This document shows, piece by piece, positions 21,383 through 31,598 of a stretch of DNA of 64,000 nt. Where the stretch lies: the NCBI GenBank assembly GCA_963720465.1, contig OY970393.1, forward strand, positions 1,088,001-1,152,000. The letters are read 5' to 3'. Source of the DNA: Methanobacteriota archaeon (lineage in GTDB: Archaea > Halobacteriota > Bog-38 > Methanoflorentales > Methanoflorentaceae). The position numbers were made by a program, and so were the translations under genes. A model generated the notes under the pieces. That model saw only the letters and a list, made by a program, of their open reading frames with translations. It ran no database searches and was not told where the DNA came from. Every line of letters begins with the position of its first letter. Position 1 is the stretch's first letter.

Positions 21383-23758
21383 TTAGGTCGCACCGCCGTA
21401 ATAGATCACCGCACCGCCATCGTCAAAAATCTTGCTCCGAGCGTCGGTGGTGTTCCCCAAATCCACGTAGTTTATGACTGTTCCCGAAAGAAGACTATTC
21501 CCCCCGGTCTGGGCAACCTTGCCCTGTTCGATGTTAAACGTGCCGATGTAGACGTATGCGTCTGGCGGCGTTTGGTACGGTAGTTTCGGAAATTCCGTAG
21601 CGGGGTGGTACAAATCAAAACTGTCAAAGAGCGCACGACGATTTGCATCCGCATAAATGGGCAGAAGAGGGGCCCCGCCTGCCGCGCTGCCTCGAACATC
21701 AGTAAGCCACTGGCCAGCGATCACCTCCCGTTCGTTAAAGAGCGCTGCGTCGACGTCGCTATTCAGAACGAATGAGGTCGACCCCTGATGAGTGATCTCG
21801 TAGACGAAGCCGGTACTAAACAAGAACAAAACGACAAAAAATGCAGCCACCAGTTTGAGCGCGACGGCCCGGACCATGTGCCGCCGCCTGATAACGAGCT
21901 GCCCCACCGACTGAGCGATGAGCAGCCCACCCGTAACGCAAAAGGGCGCCAATAACAGCGTTGAGATGTGGAAGATTCGCGTGATGTTGATAGAAGAAGC
22001 CAATTGCGGAACGATCACGGCAACGATCAATATGGCGAAACTGGCCAGTGCCAGCGCGATGTACTCCGCGTCGAACCGCTTTCGGAAGCGGCGGATTGGG
22101 AGCACTCCGAGCCCAACGACGATCAGCAGCGCGCTGACCAGGTAAAGGGCCAGCCCGACTTCGTGGAGTGGCGACAACGTGCCAACCTGAAGGACGTCGT
22201 TCAGTGATGCGCTGTAGTATTCCGTTCTGCTCGCACTGAGCGCGGCAAAAAGAGCAACAGGCGGCGCCGCATAGAGCCAAGTCCACGCGCCGGTCTCCCG
22301 CTGTCGCCGCGCTGCTACAACGTAAATCAGCGCCAGCGCGCTGAAGTAGATCACGGCGCCGATTCCGACGGCTATTTCAATCGTTCTCGGCGTGATGGTA
22401 TGGAATATCTCGCTGAGGACCCGACCGATGGCCGCAGAGGCGGCTGAACCGACGCTGGTATACCACGCGGCGGTGAAAGCCGCAAATGACAGCACAAAAA
22501 GAAGCGAGAGCATCCGGCGTGGCGCTACGGACCGATTATCCGGTGGCCCTTGAGCTGATCGCCGCAATCGGTGCAGCGCAGGATTGTCCACCAAGAACAG
22601 CAACAGCCAAGCGATGACGATGTAGCCGAGATAGATAATCGCGAGCGCATAATGAGATACCACGAGCGAGGCGGCGAAAACGGCGAACATCGCGTACACG
22701 CGCCTTCTCTCTGCCCCTGACCGGTATTTGTCCACGATCAAAATAAGGAGCAGGACGAAGAAGAGCTCGGCGACTTCCTGTCGCGCAAGCGCCGGCATCA
22801 CGCCGAAGAACACGTTCAGAGACGAGACAAAAAAGGCGCCGAGGAAGGCGATTTTGTCATTTGTCTGCGACTGAAGGTAGACGAAAAGCCCGAGCGGTAC
22901 CAACGCGAAGATGAGAGGGTACACGATCTTAAAGAGCCATGTCACCGTTACACCCGACGTGAGCGAGAGAATCGGAGCGAGCACGGTGACGCTGGTCACG
23001 GCGTTCGTCGATCCGGGTAAGGACGCATTCCACACGCCGTTGGTGAGTACCAGGTTCGCGTTATAGAGCTCCTTCTGAATATCCCAGCCCCAGACGTTCG
23101 ACGAGATGAGCGATGCGAAGAAGAGCATGGCGATGGCGATCGCAAAAACGGCGAGCGGGTACCGCTCCTTTGGGAGAGATTTTGACGTGCCGACCCAAAA
23201 AGCCGTCGCGCCGATTATGACAAGTGCACCCAGCAGCGCGACGTTTGTGTTGTACGTATTCATCGCGTAGGTAGCGAAGATCATGATAAAGGGAACGAGA
23301 CAAAGGAAGAGAACAGAGGGCGTCAGCACACGCCCCCATTCTATCGTCACATCGTCTTCGAAGTCTCGGTCGCGCCAGTAGCTCACCGCAGCCAACAGGA
23401 CGATTATGGCGCTCATTGTGCCTACCGCCGGAAGGAGGGCGAGAGGCCGTTCGATGCCGAGCAACGGATACGCGAAGTTCGCCAAAAGCCCCGTAAACAT
23501 GCAGGTCGCGATGCTGAGGCCAACGGCGAAGAGCACCGTTTTTGTGCTGCCGAGGCAATGAGCGCGTAACGCCCGCAAAATGAGTATGCCCGGAACGAAG
23601 AGGATATACGCCACACCAAAGACGCCACGCAAAAGAGGGGGGTGAATGCCTAACGCGTCCAGCCCTATGAGCGCCCATACCACAAGCAACAAGAGGAAGA
23701 CCGCTTTGAGCGTTTCTGCGTGCTTCCAATCGTTCATTCGGAAGGGGTTAAGCGTCAT
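21383..23758 (-). CDS. DUF2206 multi-pass membrane protein
   Basis: NPFRMNDW start, FVPG, GWDIQKELY, ARQEVAELF, SHY, TRIFHI; many TM segments. Confidence 0.85.
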   Translation of the reverse strand: MTLNPFRMNDWKHAETLKAVFLLLLVVWALIGLDALGIHPPLLRGVFGVAYILFVPGILILRALRAHCLGSTKTVLFAVGLSIATCMFTGLLANFAYPLLGIERPLALLPAVGTMSAIIVLLAAVSYWRDRDFEDDVTIEWGRVLTPSVLFLCLVPFIMIFATYAMNTYNTNVALLGALVIIGATAFWVGTSKSLPKERYPLAVFAIAIAMLFFASLISSNVWGWDIQKELYNANLVLTNGVWNASLPGSTNAVTSVTVLAPILSLTSGVTVTWLFKIVYPLIFALVPLGLFVYLQSQTNDKIAFLGAFFVSSLNVFFGVMPALARQEVAELFFVLLLILIVDKYRSGAERRRVYAMFAVFAASLVVSHYALAIIYLGYIVIAWLLLFLVDNPALHRLRRSAQGPPDNRSVAPRRMLSLLFVLSFAAFTAAWYTSVGSAASAAIGRVLSEIFHTITPRTIEIAVGIGAVIYFSALALIYVVAARRQRETGAWTWLYAAPPVALFAALSASRTEYYSASLNDVLQVGTLSPLHEVGLALYLVSALLIVVGLGVLPIRRFRKRFDAEYIALALASFAILIVAVIVPQLASSINITRIFHISTLLLAPFCVTGGLLIAQSVGQLVIRRRHMVRAVALKLVAAFFVVLFLFSTGFVYEITHQGSTSFVLNSDVDAALFNEREVIAGQWLTDVRGSAAGGAPLLPIYADANRRALFDSFDLYHPATEFPKLPYQTPPDAYVYIGTFNIEQGKVAQTGGNSLLSGTVINYVDLGNTTDARSKIFDDGGAVIYYGGAT

Positions 23759-23948
23759 GGCGTCCTCTGAGAATTGCCTCGCGCGTGGTCGCAAACCCTC
23801 CCGGTGTGTTTCGTGTGCGCATCACTTCGGCAGGAAGCCTGCGTAGGCTGCGTAGGTTACGTTGACTCGGCCCGCGTCTGCGAAAAAAAGCAACAGTTCG
23901 CTGATGCGTGCCGCGCCACCCCGCTCTGCGCTCGCCCCTCGGTGGCCA

Positions 23949-24908
23949 TCATCTACCGTATCTCTTCACGTCTGCGTCTACCATCATGCGAACGAGCTCT
24001 TCAAACGAGGTCTCGGGTGCCCAGCCCAACCTGGCATGAGCTTTTGACGCGTCTCCCTTCAAATCAGGTACGTCTGCGGGTCGCATAAATCGTTCGTCGA
24101 TTGTGACGTACTTCTCCCAGTTCAGGCCGACGTGATCGAATGCGAGCGCGGCGAAGTCCCTCACCGAATGGTTCTCGCCGGTGGCGATCACGTAATCATC
24201 AGGCTCACCCTGCTGCAGCATGAGCCACATAGCCTTCACGTAATCGCCGGCAAAACCCCAGTCGCGGCGCACCTCCAGGTTGCCTAAGCGAAGCTCGTTC
24301 GCCTGGTTACAAGAGATGCGCGCGACCCCGTCTGAGATCTTTTTCGTTACAAACTCTATGCCGCGCCGCGGAGACTCGTGGTTGAAGCAGATACCGCTAC
24401 AGCAATACAGCCCGTAGCTCTCCCGATAATTGATCGTCGCATAATGCCCATACACTTTTGCAACGGCATATGGACTTCGCGGGTGGAATGGCGTGATCTC
24501 ACTTTTCAACGGCTGCGGCGACGTGCCAAACATTTCGCTGCTCGAAGCCTGGTAGAACCGTGTATCTGGGCAGAAGTGTCGCACGGCTTCGAGGACGCGC
24601 ACGACGCCAAGCCCCGTCACATCGCCGGTCAACACCGGTTGATTCCAAGACGTCGCGACAAACGATTGCGCGGCAAGGTTGTAGACCTCGTCAGGCATGG
24701 CGGTCTGCACTGCGACGTTCAGCGACGACTGGTCGGTGAGATCGCCCTCGAGCAGCACGAGGTCATCTATAAGCGCCCCGATTCGCGTTTCATTGGGGGT
24801 GCTTAGCCGTCTAACCAGACCGTAGACCTCGTAGCCCTTTTCGAAGAGCAATTCGGCAAGATATGAGCCGTCTTGCCCCGTAATGCCAGTTATCAGTGCC
24901 GTCGGCAT
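23949..24908 (-). CDS. gmd: GDP-mannose 4,6-dehydratase
   Basis: ITGITGQDGSYL, NLAAQSFV, YQASSSEMFG, PRSPYAVAK, FNHESPRRG, RDWGFAGDYV. Confidence 0.96.
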   Translation of the reverse strand: MPTALITGITGQDGSYLAELLFEKGYEVYGLVRRLSTPNETRIGALIDDLVLLEGDLTDQSSLNVAVQTAMPDEVYNLAAQSFVATSWNQPVLTGDVTGLGVVRVLEAVRHFCPDTRFYQASSSEMFGTSPQPLKSEITPFHPRSPYAVAKVYGHYATINYRESYGLYCCSGICFNHESPRRGIEFVTKKISDGVARISCNQANELRLGNLEVRRDWGFAGDYVKAMWLMLQQGEPDDYVIATGENHSVRDFAALAFDHVGLNWEKYVTIDERFMRPADVPDLKGDASKAHARLGWAPETSFEELVRMMVDADVKRYGR

Positions 24909-25155
24909 GATCCCACCATCGTTCAGTCAGTAGTTCGTTGATCGTATTACCCCTATAAGAATGTGCCGTCACGCTCGAATGCCGATCGGCTGGCGATGAA
25001 GCTCGTTCCCGTTCAAACGGGGCTTGCTTCGCGACAGAACTATTTCGTCTCGAGCCATCGGATCTTCGACCAAACGCATGCACTGAGGCCGCGGGACGTC
25101 GCGCAGCTGATCTTGTCGGTTGCCCGTGCACGAGAACGCACAAGCGTCCGTTTGG

Positions 25156-25575
25156 TCAGGTGACGGTGATAAAGAGGTACACTGACCGATACACGTTCAC
25201 TTGACCCGTCTTGTACAAGTCAAACTCCAATTTTTGGTCTGAGCCTCGGGAGGTGGCCGTAAATGAGATCGAGCGTTGCCATATCTGATTGTTAGCGAGG
25301 CTGAACGATTCAGTGGTAATGGTTTTGTTAGCCAGCGTTGCCACCAGTGTGTAGTTGACGTCAGCGTTTTCGTGATTGACGACACCGACGGTTACGTTGG
25401 CCGTCTGGTTGACTGTGAGATTCGTCGGATAATCTGAGGCTTTTCCGCCCGCACCTAACAGGTACAACTCAGTAAACGGTTCGCCTGGTTGCGGAAATAC
25501 GATGATCAGTATCGTTCCGCAAACAGCGAGGATCAAAACGGCCGCGAGTACCCAAGTAAGAAGTTTACGATTCAC
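25156..25575 (-). CDS. DUF1616 domain protein, short form (1 TM + Ig-like domain)
   Basis: EPFTELYLLG..GKASDYPT, VGVVNHE, KLEFDLY. Confidence 0.85.
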   Translation of the reverse strand: MNRKLLTWVLAAVLILAVCGTILIIVFPQPGEPFTELYLLGAGGKASDYPTNLTVNQTANVTVGVVNHENADVNYTLVATLANKTITTESFSLANNQIWQRSISFTATSRGSDQKLEFDLYKTGQVNVYRSVYLFITVT

Positions 25576-26042
25576 GCCTTCGGTCTGATTCCTTCGCGCT
25601 TGCTCATAAATGTTTTCTTACGCAGCGAAGATGGCATGAGCAGCGCCGCTGCACGTGTGGCACCTCGTGCCGACTAGGGCCACACACAACGGTTATGCTG
25701 ATACGTTCGCTCACGGGTGGACGTTCCGATATAGGTATGCGGTTCCATCTTTTTGAAAAGCGCAACTCAAAGCTCTTGAAAAATCTATATAAACGCAATA
25801 GTCAAGAGGCCAATCAAATCCAATTTTTGCATAGAGATAGTACTTACCTTGAGCGCGCTGCTAGTTTGACGGCATCACCGGTACAGAGATAGAGTTATAT
25901 AACGATCCCTAAAGAGATTAGCAATAAATGGGTTTAGTACTGAGGTTATACGTCAATAGCTCCCGGAGGAGCTGCCCTATGGGCGGGTCCCGGGCATTCC
26001 CACGCTTCGCATGCCGCCTCACGGAGGGATGACACGCAATCA

Positions 26043-27104
26043 ATCTTTTTTATAAGTGAAGCAGGCAAGCTTAGCACGAGCCCGCAAAAACGCTGCATTC
26101 CTATTTCTAAAGAGCTAAAGGCGCGGGGATATACGTGCGATGTTTTTTTGCGCGAGCCTCTGGGTAAGTACCAAAATGTCTTTGCGCAAGTAGCCAACTG
26201 GAAGGCGCTCTTACGCGCGGAGCCTGATGTCGTTATCATTCATCGATCGTCTAACATAATCGATTATAAGTATGTACAAAAGCTCCAGACTGAGCACCCG
26301 CAGACCCGGGTCATATTCGATTATGATGATGCCCTCTTCCACGTTCATACTCAGGGAAGCCCCGTTCAAACTCTGAATAGAATGCTGTTATATTCCCACC
26401 TAAACAAACTCATAGGCCGGTCAGACGCCGTGTTTGCGGGAAGTCACTACCTCGTCTCGTACGCCCAAAGGTACAACTCAAATGTGCACTTAGTGCCCTC
26501 GGCCGCGGCTACTGAGGTGCTTCGTCCAGTGCACCGCGCTCCCGATACTGACACAGTCATCACGATCGGGTGGTTAGGAGGCGCGAGGAAGTGGCTCCTT
26601 CCAAGTTTGCGACTGCTAATCGATCCATTAAACCATCTGAGCGCCAAGTACAAGATTCGCTTCAAAATGGTGAGAGCACTGTCTGAGGCGGTAAAAGCAG
26701 AATTGAGACAGAATGACTTTGCGGTTTCATTTGGATCAGATGAGATGATACCGCTCGACCAGAAACTCGCGGCAGAAATAGCTGACTTTGACATAGGGGT
26801 AATGCCACTTGTAGACGACCCGTACACCCGTGGGAAATGCGCGATGAAAGCATTAGAGTACATGGCGATGGGCATACCGGTGGTAGCAAGCCCTGTAGGT
26901 GAAAATTGCTATGTTGTGAAACCGGGCATAAATGGGTTTCTCGCAAGTACCTGCGCTGAGTGGAGTAACACTCTTGAGATGCTTATCATCGATGGCTCAT
27001 TGCGAAGAGCAATGGGAAACAGAGGCCGCAACATGGTCGAAGAAGAATATAGTGTTAAGAAGATTGTGGACCGGATAGTTTATGCAATTGAACAACTCTC
27101 ATAA
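26043..27104 (+). CDS. GT4 glycosyltransferase (start codon uncertain)
   Basis: FDYDDA, TIGWLG, DIGVMPL..RGKCAMKALEYMAMGIPVVASPVG; frame open upstream of TTG 26148 through IFFISEAG. Confidence 0.85.
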   Translation: MFFISEAGKLSTSPQKRCIPISKELKARGYTCDVFLREPLGKYQNVFAQVANWKALLRAEPDVVIIHRSSNIIDYKYVQKLQTEHPQTRVIFDYDDALFHVHTQGSPVQTLNRMLLYSHLNKLIGRSDAVFAGSHYLVSYAQRYNSNVHLVPSAAATEVLRPVHRAPDTDTVITIGWLGGARKWLLPSLRLLIDPLNHLSAKYKIRFKMVRALSEAVKAELRQNDFAVSFGSDEMIPLDQKLAAEIADFDIGVMPLVDDPYTRGKCAMKALEYMAMGIPVVASPVGENCYVVKPGINGFLASTCAEWSNTLEMLIIDGSLRRAMGNRGRNMVEEEYSVKKIVDRIVYAIEQLS

Positions 27105-27139
27105 TGGCTTCCCCCACAATGTAAGACTACGCGTCGAGT

Positions 27140-27290
27140 CCTGAGCAGATGTACTATATGTTGACGTCTGCGAATTGCATTGTGAATTGTTCAGTTACCT
27201 TCAGAAGGGAACTCATTCTCGAAATTGGCGGCTCCGATGAATCGTGAGACGGGCGCCAGACTGCGACTTATGGCTCAGAATCCTGCTCCA
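27140..27290 (+). pseudogene. GT2 internal fragment
   Basis: Reads YYMLTSANCIVNCSVTFRRELILEIGGSDES*..DLWLRI; homologous to 42952-43046 on the opposite strand. Confidence 0.65.
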
Positions 27291-27486
27291 GCAGTATACG
27301 CCAGCAATGTCTGAAAAACGCATAGCTGCGTAGAAGTAGTTGCTTTGTCCCGTTGTTCAGTCATACTGCTTTAACCCTACGCCGTTTCCAGGCGCAGCAA
27401 ACTAAAAGCAACCTCCCCGTCTTAGGTAACCTGGTGTGTGTGAGAAGAGTTCAGTAAAAACGCAGCGACAAGCATCTGCAAAGACG

Positions 27487-27728
27487 TATAATCCCAAAAT
27501 TGCCATTGTTATTCTCATCATGAGGGGGAAAGTGGTGTTAGTGGGCGCCTCAATTCCATTAAGAAGCTGGATTATCCAAATTATGCTGTCATTGGGGCGG
27601 ACAATAACTCTTCTGATGGCTCCCAAGCATTTGTAGCGGACGCATTTCCGGGCGTTCATTTGATTCAAAACAAAAATAATGAGGGAGTTGCTGAAGGACA
27701 GAATATTGGTATTGAAACAAATATATAA
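27487..27728 (+). pseudogene. GT2 N-terminal fragment
   Basis: PKIAIVIL / frameshift / LNSIKKLDYPNYAVIGADNNSSDGS..FPGVHLIQNKNNEGVAEGQNIGIE. Confidence 0.75.
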
Positions 27729-27766
27729 TAACGAGTAGCCGCAGAACACTAAATGCGGGTTTTGCT

Positions 27767-28888
27767 ATGAAAGGAGACGCTAGGTCGCACGTGCTCATTA
27801 TCACGATATCGCTGAGCCTTCTTCTTCTATTGGGGCCTCTGAACACATCGTCAAGCGCCCAGCTGGCACCCGCAGGGGCGCAAGGCAAGCGCATCATATT
27901 TCGAGACGACGACATTACGCCTTGGGGGGGGCTAGACGCTCTCAAGGCGGTGAACCAGGTTCATATCGATGAGGGTGCGCCCGTAACCCTCGGCGTCATA
28001 CCGGCCCTATGTTTTCCTGCGCAAGACAACAGCACCGGCAGTTCTCAGGTAAATGAGGGTGCGCCCGTAACCCTCGGCGTCATACCGGCTCTATCGTTTC
28101 CTGCGCGAGAGAGCAACAACGTTACTAATAACTCTTTATTCAACAATTCGTTTTCAGAATATATGCGGTCTCTCGCATCGAGCGGCCTATTCGAGCTCGC
28201 CCAACACGGATATGACCATGATGACAACAGTAAACAATACGGCGTGTCTGAACCCAGTGAGTTTCGAGGGATGCCGTACACTGAGCAATACGCACTCATA
28301 GAGCAGGGCCGCAACTTAATGCAAAGCGCGTTCGGAACTGCGCCGACGAGTTTTATCCCACCCTATAACACCGGGGATAATAATACGTTAAGAACAATCT
28401 CCGCGCTCGGATTCACCGCGTACAGCTCAACTCCCAGTGACGTCAAGCCTACGATAGACGAAAACATCAGATTTGAGCCCCAGTACGTAGATCTCGATTT
28501 CAGCATTTGGAACGCAAGCTCCCTCGGGCTTGCAATAAATCAAACACAACTCTTACTTAGCAACCCACGCATTCATGACATCGTGGTCGTGTACCATTAC
28601 AGAGACGTTCTGACGAGTCCCAGCGCCGGCGCAGTCAACGCCACTAGGGTGGAAGGATTAAAGGATTACATCCAGTATTTGAAGACGCAAAACGTCACGT
28701 TTACGACGTTGAACGGCAAATACGTGACTTCTCAATTTTTGGGGGCTTCTTCAAACGCTGCATCACCGTCAGCGCTGGCTACAACTCTCCAAGCGGCGCA
28801 ACCTCAATGGTTTTGGGCAGCCTTGGCGCTTGCAACACCTATAGTTGTGGCCGCCTTTTTGTGGGAGTTGGCGGAGCATGTTAAGTAG
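27767..28888 (+). CDS. Secreted, membrane-anchored DUF2334/NodB-like polysaccharide deacetylase
   Basis: Signal peptide, FRDDD, LAQHGYDH, SEF, FIPPYN, VVYH, C-terminal TM. Confidence 0.82.
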   Translation: MKGDARSHVLIITISLSLLLLLGPLNTSSSAQLAPAGAQGKRIIFRDDDITPWGGLDALKAVNQVHIDEGAPVTLGVIPALCFPAQDNSTGSSQVNEGAPVTLGVIPALSFPARESNNVTNNSLFNNSFSEYMRSLASSGLFELAQHGYDHDDNSKQYGVSEPSEFRGMPYTEQYALIEQGRNLMQSAFGTAPTSFIPPYNTGDNNTLRTISALGFTAYSSTPSDVKPTIDENIRFEPQYVDLDFSIWNASSLGLAINQTQLLLSNPRIHDIVVVYHYRDVLTSPSAGAVNATRVEGLKDYIQYLKTQNVTFTTLNGKYVTSQFLGASSNAASPSALATTLQAAQPQWFWAALALATPIVVAAFLWELAEHVK

Positions 28889-29124
28889 TTTCCTAGGCGG
28901 CGACTATAGTTGAGCGCGAAAAGGCCGGAAACCGCGATGGATGTGAAAAGTTGTACAAGCCATACATCATTAGAAGGCGGCCTTCAGTCAAGAGGCAGGT
29001 TTTGCGAATCAAGAGTGGATGATATGCGACATCCAGAGCTCGGATTACGCCGGTGAATTCGCTTGCAGCTGAATCCGGGTGTAGGGTCTGCCTGTCGCCC
29101 CCACAGTTAGCGTACGCTAACGGT

Positions 29125-29310
29125 AAACCCATAAGAAAGTGATCACAGCCAAAAGAGTATTAAAAGACGCGAAGAATTCTCTGCGAAGAATCTATGGTTT
29201 AGCGGGGAACAACAGTGCGACAAACCAATTTGAGCAATTGCTCGGCTTAAAGACGGTGAGGAACATGCCACGGGATCCAATTAAACTTGCTGACGCCGAA
29301 TGCGTTGACA
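29125..29310 (+). pseudogene. Remnant of a NeuB C-terminal SAF/AFP-like domain
   Basis: Broken frames give RKVITAKR..K / EEFSAKNL / QFEQLLGLKTVRNMPRDPIK, directly upstream of the cytidylyltransferase. Confidence 0.5.
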
Positions 29311-29353
29311 AGAAGCCCGCCTTTAGAAACTTCACGCACGTGGACCGGAGGGA

Positions 29354-30166
29354 GTGATCGAGGTGCGGACCGGTTTTTTGATTACATCGCGGTTGAAATC
29401 AAAACGATTGCCTCTGAAACTTCTGAAACCTTTGCGGGGTAGGACCGTTATCGACCGAGTCATCGAGAGAGCAAAGGACGTCAAACACCTTTCAGACGTT
29501 GTGCTATGCACTTCAGCGAACCCGCAAGACAGACCGCTGATAGACATAGCACTGAACAATGACGTGCATTACTTTGTCGGCGATGAAACAGATGTTGTAC
29601 GAAGGCTAGTCGAAGCGGCCAATTTCTTCAATTTGGATTATTTCTTGGCGATTACTGCCGACAACCCGCTTTTCACCATCAGTTACTCTAATGTCATCGC
29701 GGATGAGGTTAAGCAGGGGTGCTATGATTTTGTCAAGCTGGAGGGGCTTCCATTGGGCGTGGCTACCTACGGCGTTCGAGTGAAGGCTTTCGAAACGATT
29801 TGCCGAATAAAGCCGATCGTCGACTCAGAATTCTGGGCATACCTCATAAACAAGCCTGATATCTTTACTATAAGGTCCATAACGGTCGGAGACAAACTCA
29901 ATAGGCCTGATCTGCGGCTCACCTTGGATTATGAAGAAGACTACGAACTTATCAGCAACATTTACTCGCACGTCCCGTTCGAAACTGTGCTAAATCTGTA
30001 CGATGTCGTGGACTATCTCGACGAGCACCCAGAGCTTTCGCTACTCAATGCGAACTGCGTTCAGAGAGAATTAGCCCCGGATATCAAGGCGGAAATCGAT
30101 CGCGTTTACACGGAAAACAAGAAACAAATACAGACTATAAAAAGAGCGATCTATTCAACCGCTTAA
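29354..30166 (+). CDS. SpsF/NeuA-like cytidylyltransferase
   Basis: SRLKSKRLPLK, GDETDV..R, ITADNP, RLTLDYEEDY. Confidence 0.88.
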   Translation: MIEVRTGFLITSRLKSKRLPLKLLKPLRGRTVIDRVIERAKDVKHLSDVVLCTSANPQDRPLIDIALNNDVHYFVGDETDVVRRLVEAANFFNLDYFLAITADNPLFTISYSNVIADEVKQGCYDFVKLEGLPLGVATYGVRVKAFETICRIKPIVDSEFWAYLINKPDIFTIRSITVGDKLNRPDLRLTLDYEEDYELISNIYSHVPFETVLNLYDVVDYLDEHPELSLLNANCVQRELAPDIKAEIDRVYTENKKQIQTIKRAIYSTA

Positions 30167-30599
30167 CGCCACGCGTACGGGAAGGCGATTCTTGGGACTG
30201 AAAAACCAGTTAGGAGGCGCCAGGCTATAGCGCATTCAGCGCTGCGGCGTGCATCGACATGCTTGCTTCCCGTTGTGCGCAGCAACGCTGCCAGAATGAC
30301 CCACTACCCTCCTGCGCGGCTCTTGACTTGCGGTGTTAGATGTAGGCGTTGAGACCACCGAGGCCAGATATAAGACAACACCTTTCCGAAGACAACACCT
30401 TTCCGCGCGTGGCCAGAGTGTTTTGTGTCGCGCGATACACGACGTAGCTTTACCGAAGATCGATCGAATGAGACTCGCGGACATAAACGACACATTAGAG
30501 CGACAGAAGCAGCGAGCAAACACCGTAACGCTATGTGGTTCGTCCATGCCGTGTTCTCGATTCTCTCAGTAGCCCATAAATAGTTCTGGACGGCGTTTC

Positions 30600-31598
30600 T
30601 CACGAATAGGGCTCTTTTAGGAGTTTTCGGATCTCGTCTTCTGAAAGATGGGTGCTGGAGAACGACGTGTAGTTCAGTTTCGAGCCTTTGGTTTGTACTT
30701 CAGTGTTGGCTGAATCGATCACGTAAAGTCCGTCCATTTCAGTCGCATACTCTGCTTCATCCTCGGTCATGAGCTCTTCGTGCATCTTCTCTCCCGGCCT
30801 CTTTCCGACGCTCTTTATCGTGACTTCTTCTGGTGCAACGCCATATGTGGGCGCGAGCTCTTCTATGACGGCTCGTGCGAGATCAATGATTTTTACGGAG
30901 GGCATCTTTAACACAAAGACTTCGCCACCTCGCATCCGGGTCGTTGCTTGCAGTATGAGGTCGACTGCTTGTGATACGCTCATGATGAAGCGCGTCATTC
31001 CCGCATTAGTGACCATAATGCTTCGATGGTCTCTGATCTGCTTAGCGAAGACAGGAACAACAGAGCCACGCGTGTTCACTACATTACCAAACCGCACGCA
31101 CGAAAAGGCGGTCTTTCTGTGACCTTTGTAATAGTTCGCTGATATCACCAGGCGCTCTGCTAATAGTTTCGTTGCTCCCATCACGTTTCGTGGATTCACT
31201 GCTTTGTCGGTGCTGATTAGCATCATTTTTTCAATTTCCTCATCGAGCGCGGCGTCAATGACGTTCTGCGTTCCGTTCACGTTTGTTTGCACAGCCTCAA
31301 ACGGGTTGTACTCGCATAGGGGAACGTGTTTCAGCGCAGCGGCGTGAAGGAGTATATCGACGTCTTCGACTGCTCTCCTCAACCTGGTGTTTGTTCTCAC
31401 ATCGCCCACAAATGCGCGAACCCTGAGAGACGGCAAATCCTGTTTGAGTTCATAAAGGCCCCCTTCATTGTTGTCAAAGACCCTGATGACTCGCGGGTTA
31501 AATTCAAGGAGGCGCCTGACGAGGTGGCCTCCGATCGAACCGGATCCACCGGTAATGAGTATAACTTTGTCCTTATAAAATTCGTTTGGGTCTGTCAT
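30600..31598 (-). CDS. UDP-GlcNAc 4,6-dehydratase (Polysacc_synt_2 family)
   Basis: TGGSGSIG, HAAALKHVP, STDKAVNP.NVMGATK, VRFGNV..TRGSV, MTRF, RPGEKMHEEL. Confidence 0.92.
   Translation of the reverse strand: MTDPNEFYKDKVILITGGSGSIGGHLVRRLLEFNPRVIRVFDNNEGGLYELKQDLPSLRVRAFVGDVRTNTRLRRAVEDVDILLHAAALKHVPLCEYNPFEAVQTNVNGTQNVIDAALDEEIEKMMLISTDKAVNPRNVMGATKLLAERLVISANYYKGHRKTAFSCVRFGNVVNTRGSVVPVFAKQIRDHRSIMVTNAGMTRFIMSVSQAVDLILQATTRMRGGEVFVLKMPSVKIIDLARAVIEELAPTYGVAPEEVTIKSVGKRPGEKMHEELMTEDEAEYATEMDGLYVIDSANTEVQTKGSKLNYTSFSSTHLSEDEIRKLLKEPYS

Noticed and set aside
25773-25808. CTCTTGA...TCAAGAG dyad around a TATA-like sequence
   Set aside because: Only 7-bp arms, single occurrence, more than 190 bp from either start; compatible with chance
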